From Euglena gracilis (lineage: Eukaryota): a stretch of 64,000 nt of DNA. The stretch lies in assembly GCA_039621445.1 (NCBI GenBank), contig CP154954.1, positions 11,340,716 through 11,404,715 of the forward strand, in the 5' to 3' direction. The translations under genes and the position numbers were made by a program. The notes beneath the pieces were generated by a model. It did no database searches. It was not told where the DNA came from and worked only from the letters and a program-made list of their open reading frames with translations. Shown here one piece after another: positions 59,701-64,000 of this stretch; the stretch's first letter is position 1; every line of letters begins with the position of its first letter.

Positions 59701-60962
59701 AGGGGTATGTTCACCAATTGCAGGGGGGAAAAAATGCCACCCCCCAGGTGGCCCCTCCTTTGCATGATTTGCTCAGGCAAATTTTGGAGGGGAAACAAAT
59801 ACAAAATTCAACCATTGAAGATTTCCTGGGAAGAAACCCCAGTTTAAAAAGGTACCAAAGTGCCTTTACCCTTTTATGGGTGATTCTGGACAGAATGGGG
59901 GTGCCCCCCCCTGAAGCCACCACTGACCAAGTGGCTGATGCTTTAATCCAACTTTTTCAATTTTCAAAGGCCCAAGCCCGTAATGCATACAGTGCTATGC
60001 TTTTGATCCCTGGGTTTGGTGGCCTAAGGTTTAATACCTTATTAGCACCTTACAAAAGGCTTTGGAACCAAAATCTGGAAAAATATGGTGCTTTCTGGGA
60101 CCCACTCCCAATCCTCCTGGGGCTGGCAAGGCAGCCTGTGCCCACTGATATTTGTGCATTGCGCACTCAGCTCATTTTTTGTTCACGCATCCTCTGTTTA
60201 TATCGTTCATCCGATTTGGCACAAGTCAAAAGAACCACAAGTGTGTTGGGGGGGGCACCCTACATTCAAATCAAACGTAAAGGACAAAAATTCCACAAGT
60301 GGGAAAGAGTTGTCTCAATTCCCCAATGTCCCCAAATCAGTCCCTTTCATTTGATTATGGCTTATGTGGCAGCCACACGGTTCTTTATGAAACCTGGGGG
60401 CCCCCTTTTGATAACGCTAAAACCCCCCTACAGAGCCATTAAGGCAGATACCATTGCTTCTATCACCAAAGAATTTTTGACCAAACAGGGGGTACCCCCC
60501 CAGGTGTGGGGACCCCACTCCACCAGAGGGGCAGGGGTTGGTTTGCTCAAAAAATTGGGCCTTTCTGCCCAAGAAGTTTGTGAAATTGGTCAGTGGAAGG
60601 GGGTGGAGGCTTTTACAGCCCATTATCAACGACTTGGTGCCCAAGGTGCCTTGGAAAATGCCCTGGCCCCCCTTTTTTCAGTGCACAATCTGGCCTCACA
60701 ATGGCAAAGTGCGGAGCCCGAGGTGTCTCGTACTCCCTCGAGGCAAACCGACAAGGGAGGAAGGGACACCGAGGGCGAAGCACAAAGACATTGTGAGCCC
60801 GACCCCCCCCTCCCATTGAAAAAATTTGTCTTCAAACGCCCTCGGTCAGCAAGTGGGGGCCAGGGGGGGGAACCCCCCCAGGGGAAGAGACAGCGCCACG
60901 GTCGCCACGTCGGAGACAAAGCAGCCAACTCCGGCGAGGTGGCACTAAGGGGAGACGCCTAA
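56784..60962 (+). CDS. Overlapping DIRS ORF with a C-terminal tyrosine recombinase; true start uncertain
   Basis: LYRSSDL (R), KRK (K), HSTRG (HxxR), GQW (W), HY (Y) in the last ~390 aa. Confidence 0.9.
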   Translation: MKSMQHVENKLELSSRQPGRSAEQETPAGERGDAVSTWRTVAITPPPHISAEKIFQQQTATHSDGHGPWQTVGKKPRRQRKTLGTKGQDPLHFKLGCRKPSKLADPAQRAKAPTHRANAPNPSRWNKGQGGQYNIGKPDGPVWSRRPIQGLWQPTGRGKRGLYQPSFSNSAHNPIPGGRGEAQQQGSPRLQLGMARSQNLQPRPWRPEQKGLGPKRPIQGLWQPYKGWTSRGPPEAKGQPHRGFVFNTCPAPGGTGGRGRTPTSIYSSFFKSPSGIKKGGTHRGPPMVWIPTPSSSRRPDRQNRGSKPYGMHSNNKILQRESEKRGECMHTPPGKLSLSKGSSPRGPKGAMSNTPSPAPPKSSYAGNKLHGGEMGRHPPASKAAKKPKMVEKSCHPSNMSTHQGWHSTPLGKSPKIVHPPKTQSQPGPESGRKNSAGLRKIWVNKTSLGFKNPAFNPLVSNFKTRRGNNQMENDQRLQRNQSAVSSKTFQAGSHPAHFSCFGKRPLGSQNRFKRCLLPHPSEPGLKAIFKASSGGADLGIPGRLFWPKYNAPNFHVSNEDIRKTVEKKGHPGIYLPGRHFTGGPNTKHLTKSPEHSRQGFNQIRFQNQCEKVHPPAQPNRKSSWISTKLPRGKITGAPPENKNRKKGAGKNGEKRLHVKKATGCHFGPNQMQSNGPALSKGLYGCPGKFFGGKFHSPLGLKTPHFPKDKGSIKGNKNSAGHLGGQTLPSKCNQRVALRQQHPCLGGAGHSNRQHCAGILEGKLHFAHKRQRIKCSNKHSTKPKQTRRNCVPVSGQSSNLLLLNKRGGQKRPFQFHAKALLQMVHGAPSKPASKVGPLKRMPGRPHKQVGDRQGGLFPGPPTLSMAEAAVQKLHRPENRPFCLTRQQKNATICGKVAPLGSHSSGCIAMPTGQHGGPLCKPPLVCHSKISPQIKNVSTSQSFDGHPLLGFSHMVAPVNKNESSRDPLPKNHPLQGYVHQLQGGKNATPQVAPPLHDLLRQILEGKQIQNSTIEDFLGRNPSLKRYQSAFTLLWVILDRMGVPPPEATTDQVADALIQLFQFSKAQARNAYSAMLLIPGFGGLRFNTLLAPYKRLWNQNLEKYGAFWDPLPILLGLARQPVPTDICALRTQLIFCSRILCLYRSSDLAQVKRTTSVLGGAPYIQIKRKGQKFHKWERVVSIPQCPQISPFHLIMAYVAATRFFMKPGGPLLITLKPPYRAIKADTIASITKEFLTKQGVPPQVWGPHSTRGAGVGLLKKLGLSAQEVCEIGQWKGVEAFTAHYQRLGAQGALENALAPLFSVHNLASQWQSAEPEVSRTPSRQTDKGGRDTEGEAQRHCEPDPPLPLKKFVFKRPRSASGGQGGEPPQGKRQRHGRHVGDKAANSGEVALRGDA
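56800..59847 (+). CDS. DIRS polyprotein: N-terminal region + reverse transcriptase + RNase H + N6-adenine methyltransferase
   Basis: KIDLKDAYFH, FGL, IYLDDIL, HLG; HSDSS/KEL/VDN/LAD RNase H; DLFA...YANPPW MTase. Confidence 0.93.
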   Translation: MWRTNWNYPVDNLDAVQNKKRQLENVEMRFQRGEPWPSLPPHTSQQKKFFSSRQPHTVMAMDPGRQWAKSPDDNGRHWVPRVKTHYISNWGAGNLQNWQTQPRGQKPQPTGQMPPTHRDGIKDKGASTTLGSQMAQSGAEGQSKGYGSLQEGAKEVCTNHLFQIQPTTPFQGGGGRPSNRAPPDFNWAWQEARTYSPGHGGQSKRGLGQRDQSKGYGSHTRGGPPEAPQKLKGSPTGALYSTHAQPQEEQGEGEGPPQVFIHHSSNPPVESRRGGPTEAPLWYGYQHHHHQGGLIGKTGAVSPMVCIPTTRSSRERVRREESACTPPQENFPFPRAQALGALRVQCPTPPAQPPQNHLMQEINSMEEKWGDTPLHQRLQKSLKWWKNHATPATCQLIRDGIQPPWVNPPKLSTHPKPRANLDLNQAEKILLDYEKSGSIKRVWDSKTLHLIPWFLISKPEGGTTKWRMISDCREINQQFQVKPFKLDHIQHIFPVLEKGHWAAKIDLKDAYFHIPVSQALRPFLRHQVGGQTWEFQAGCFGLNIMPQIFMSVMKTFEKLWRKRGIQVFIYLDDILLVAPTQNILQNHLNTVVRDLIKSGFKINVKKSTLQPSQIVNHLGFQLNFQEGKLQVPPQKIKTVKKELGKMVKKDYMSKRQLAAILGQIRCNLMALPFLRAFTDALANFLVENSTAPWDSKHPISQRIKDQLREIKILLDTWGGRPFPQSATRELHSDSSTHAWGGLDIRTGNIVQEFWRENSILHINVKELSAAISTVQSLSKPGETVSLSVDNQVIYYYLTKGGGRKDPFNSMLRPFFKWCMEHQVNLQVKWVPSKECLADPISRWEIDRGDYSLDPQLFQWLRQQFKNYIDLKTDLFASPGNKKMPQFVARWPHWEATAVDALQCPLDNMGGLYANPPWSVIQKFLPRLKMFPQAKVLMVTPYWDSATWWPQLIKMKVPGTPCLKITPYRGMFTNCRGEKMPPPRWPLLCMICSGKFWRGNKYKIQPLKISWEETPV

Positions 60963-62050
60963 CCCAGCGTAACGAACAATCACACAACACCGCCGGCGAG
61001 CAAGGCATGGCCTCACAATGTCTTTGTGCTTCGCCCTCGGTGTCCCTTCCTCCCTTGTCGGTTTGCCTCGAGGGAGTACGATTCGCCGTGCCAATTCAGC
61101 CATTTGCATTGCCTTTTTTGCTTATGACATGTTGAGGTCGGCCTCCTGCTCCAATTACATTGACGAAATTTCAGAATTTTTTTGGGCCACGATTCCTCGG
61201 TGAGCACCCGCAGGTGTTCGCTAGTGAACCATTCACTACTGCCGCAGTGTTGACTAGTGAATGGACCCCGATTCCTCACGTGGGGAAGCCCATGAATGGT
61301 TAACGTTTTTAAAGAAGATTGCTTCATTGCTGTTGATGAGAAAGAAAATGATGCAAATGTCAGCAGGCGGTGGAAAAAATTTTGGTGTCCACATGTGAAC
61401 CACAAATATTACTTTGGTGTCCACAGATGAACCACAAAAAATTTTTTTGGTGTCCACAAGTGAACCACAAAAAAATTTTTGGTGTCCACAGGTGAACCAC
61501 AAAATTTTTTGTGGTGCCCACAGTGAACCACAGAATGACAACCTTGGTGTACCACACTAAATGAATGTCTGGTCCCGAAAGGAAGCCCGACGCCGTCAGG
61601 CCTGTGGCCCGGCCCGGCGAGGCAAAAAATTGAGCAATTTCAAAAAAAATTGTACTTTGGACACTTTTGCAAAAATGTGGTGGCGTAAATTGGCCATATC
61701 TGCGAGGAATGGGGAAGAAAGCGTGGGATTGGACGGTGATTGCGCAATTTTTTGAGCCCAGCTTTGGCAAAATTGGCCATCCATCCAAACCAAAATACAG
61801 TCAGCTGGGCGAGCGCTCTAAGGGAGCTCAATTCAATGTTTTGAACCTTTTTGTTGAATTTTGCTTGACCTTCTGAAGATTTTTAAAGCGGCCAAAAAAT
61901 TGGCCAAAAAAGGCGTCGAAAAACGGGTTGAGGAAAGGTGGCGCTGGCCAAAACTTGATGAGCTCCTCCAAACGCTGGTCGACCAAAGGCCTGGCACCAG
62001 AAAATTGGCAGCGGTGACGTCGAGTGTGCGTGCAGACAATTCCACGGGGG

Positions 62051-62149
62051 TCACCGCTGCTTGTTCTCTCCGCCGAGGCTCTCCATGAAATTGAAGCTGG
62101 ACATGCTGCCCGTGGCCGCGTGGGCGAAATTGAGGAACGCCGTGGGGAC
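62051..62149 (-). CDS. Last exon of an erlin/SPFH (band 7)-like gene
   Basis: VPTAFLNF...KQR* after a canonical CTCTCTCCAG acceptor. Joined FFGEK|VPTAF resembles the erlin IYFG..IP.MF tail. Confidence 0.7.
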   Translation of the reverse strand, partial: VPTAFLNFAHAATGSMSSFNFMESLGGENKQR

Positions 62150-62460
62150 CTGGAGAGAGCGCCGCAGGGGGGCGAGCAGGGCTGGACGGGAAAGCCTGGT
62201 GGAGGGGGGGGGTCGGACCCCCACCCACCACCCATGGGGTTGTGGGGATTTTCGTACAGCCTTGGGGAGGAAGAAGGACGGGGGGTGTCAGTCTAAATGG
62301 GGGGCTACTTTTTCCCCCAAGGTCCATTTTGTAACATATTCCATTTGGATGAAATGGGCATTCAGCTTGGGGCTTCCTCTCCAAATGTGAAACCCCTGCG
62401 GGTCGTGAAATGCCGCCCAACATGAAGCTGGGAGGGTGGGTGGAAGATCGGTGCGTCGAC

Positions 62461-62555
62461 CTTCTCGCCGAAGAAGAACTTGGTGTTGTTGCCGAGGCTC
62501 TGTGCGAACGCCTGGATGAGGGACCACTGCATGAACTCCGGCGTTAGGCGCTTCT
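62461..62555 (-). CDS. Penultimate exon of the erlin/SPFH-like gene
   Basis: QKRLTPEFMQWSLIQAFAQSLGNNTKFFFGEK resembles erlin KLTPEYL...AIA.N.KIYFG; GT donor at 62460. Confidence 0.75.
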
Positions 62556-63634
62556 GGCCCCAGGGCCCACCCTCGCTGGCGATGCACCGCCTGGCATCGG
62601 CTGGCATCGAGCCCCCTCCCCCCCGGGCAATTGCGGAAAATTGCGGAAATTGTTGAAAAATTGCGGAATCTGCGGAAAATTGCGAAAATTGCGGAAAATT
62701 GGGGAAATGGCGGAAAATTGTGGAAATTGCGGAAAAACTGCGGAATTTGCGGAAAATTGCGGAAATTGCGGAAAATTGTGGAAAATCGATATCCACCCTC
62801 CCCCCCTACCCCTCCCTGCCCCCTACCCCCCGTCTTGCCCCAAGGCCTCCCCAATCACAAAACCGGTTGTTATGGCCTATTCCTGCTCCCCCCAAGCCCA
62901 ATGAACACGAAATGGCAATCTAGACGGTACGGACGGGGAACGTTCATGGGGCATGGGGCCCACTTACAACTGAATTGCTGCAACAGACAACAATCTAGAC
63001 GGTCCGGACGCCCCCGGGTTCATTGGACATGGGGGGGGGGGGCGCAATCCTGCCGTGATTTCCATGCATTTCATTCAGCTCCCCCAGCAGCCACACCGGT
63101 AATTAACAGGAAAGCTTTGACCTCGGAAGATTCAGGGGGAAGAAAGAGCAAAAGACGGTGGGGATGGGACCGTCAACAGCTTTGCAGCACAGGTCGCTAA
63201 AATGACGGCGACCCCAACTTCTGAGAAATGGTTCTGGTTCTGAGAAGCGGAGGTCTCTCAAGTGTCGAACGCTCCCATCCCGCCCCCACAGTGATTGGAT
63301 GGGCACCAGACCCGACGCCGAGCCACTGCTCCCAGGGCCAAACGGTGCGCCGGTGCGCTTTACGAGTACTTGGCCGAGGCGATCGCCACCACCCGTGTGG
63401 CAACGACCCAGCCCCTCAAACCGGGTGAACAGCCCAGACCCATGACTGACGCTGGGGGGAGGGTGGGGGAAAACAGAACATGGGACCTCAAAAAACGCGA
63501 TGCAAAAACGCGCAGCTAAATGCAAATAAACACACAAATATGCAAAAAATTGCAAAATTTGCCAAATCAAAAAACCCACAAAAAATGCAAAAAAAATGCG
63601 TCCCCCCCCCCTGCTGGGGGGGGCGGCCCTGGCC

Positions 63635-63714
63635 GGAACGTCGCGGCCTCCGTCTCCGCAGTGTAGCGGCGGGCGTCGGCCTCTGCGCGCTGCCTCACCT
63701 GCAAGATGTCGCTC
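63635..63714 (-). CDS. Upstream exon of the erlin/SPFH-like gene (gene continues beyond the window)
   Basis: SDILQVRQRAEADARRYTAETEAATF resembles the erlin coiled coil (AREKAKADAEYY...EA). Non-conventional intron 63634-62556 (CAG +4..+6, CTG -8..-6) joins it in frame. The 5' boundary could instead be the AG acceptor at 63698. Confidence 0.7.
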
Positions 63715-64000
63715 CCCGGCAGAGGCCATTTTGGATCCGGGGGGGGGGCCTGGGCTGTCCGGGAATTTCGGGTGGGGGGGACCACCCTCCCACCACAGCA
63801 CCATGTCTGGAAAAATTCCTCTGGCGCTGAAAAAACATGTTGACCCAAGTATTGACACCTCCGGCAAAGAACCCCCTTTTTGGCAAAAATGCCCCCCCCC
63901 CCCCCCGGAGTCGGTATACCGCCACCAGGCCCCGAAAACTTGAACAAAGAACCCCCCCCCCCGACTGAGTCCCTGGAAGAACCCTTCAATCATCAGCGCC

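Larger units (their letters stand above)
56514..61081 (+). mobile_element. Intact DIRS1-type retrotransposon, family A
   Basis: Two long overlapping ORFs. ITRs ~56539-56638 / 60922-61020. ICR 60691-60797 is exactly complementary to the left 37 nt and right 70 nt of the element. Confidence 0.96.
45951..61240 (+). pseudogene. Tyrosine recombinase pseudogene in four pieces: 45951-46444, 50971-51383, 56503-56513, 61082-~61240
   Basis: Acceptor TCACAG then ATG at 45951. After removing the DIRS elements the pieces give SSFQTYLNAVSNIY (core-binding helix), FLHAWGARVS (box I R), TENFLRRA (HxLR position, built across two junctions) and ISEF-LGHDSSVSTRRC (box II, after a T-run frameshift; Tyr replaced by Cys). 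Several stops. Confidence 0.68.
45646..61312 (+). mobile_element. Hairpin+TIR DNA element encoding a tyrosine recombinase (~1.45 kb when DIRS insertions are removed)
   Basis: Inverted repeats TTAAAAACGTTACCCAAATTCACGGGCTTCCCCAC (45678-45712) / GTGGGGAAGCCCATGAATGGTTAACGTTTTTAA (61280-61312). A small hairpin (45646-45680) abuts the left repeat. CACTAGTG subterminal motifs at both ends. Confidence 0.72.
45130..61571. mobile_element. hAT-like MITE (8-bp TSD) expanded to 16.4 kb by nested insertions
   Basis: TIRs CAGACATTCATTTAGTGTGGT / ACCACACTAAATGAATGTCTG. TSD GTCCCGAA at 45122-45129 and 61572-61579. GGTGTCCACAGGTGAACCAC subterminal repeats at both ends. Confidence 0.9.

Noticed and set aside
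45130-61571. YR gene as cargo of the 8-bp-TSD element itself
   Set aside because: An inner pair of inverted repeats (45678-45712 / 61280-61312) brackets the gene, indicating a separate nested element.
63103-63993. 296-aa ORF in the track
   Set aside because: It runs through intron and MITE sequence in a different frame from the erlin-like exon; likely spurious.

Overview
This is eukaryotic, repeat-dense DNA, almost certainly from a euglenid. It contains the euglenid-type spliced-leader (SL) sequence (a 27-nt exon ending TTTTTTTCA) and introns with the euglenid non-conventional signature (CAG at +4..+6 pairing with CTG at -8..-6). From left to right: (1) 1-10.9 kb is a head-to-tail pile of CRE/SLACS-clade non-LTR retrotransposons next to an SL-bearing processed pseudogene. 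The longest copy encodes a polyprotein in which a DIRS-type DNA N6-adenine methyltransferase domain sits between two 2A ribosomal-skip motifs, one of them 17/18 identical to T2A. (2) 11.3-32.2 kb is a 4-exon claudin/amastin-like host gene (257 aa) with 15.4-kb, 4.5-kb and 217-bp base-paired introns. These introns hold nested TIR elements, satellites, PHD-finger-carrying 'hairpin+TIR' elements and an SL RNA gene copy. (3) 32-45 kb is mostly MITEs (8-bp, 9-bp or TA target duplications) plus a 98-bp DIRS remnant. (4) 45.1-61.6 kb is a nest: an 8-bp-TSD MITE contains a hairpin+TIR element carrying a decayed tyrosine recombinase gene, which is split by three independent DIRS1-type retrotransposons (one intact). 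(5) 62-63.7 kb holds the last three exons of an erlin/SPFH-like gene on the minus strand. All calls are from manual reading only; no database searches were run. Several frameshifts fall in homopolymers and could be sequencing errors.
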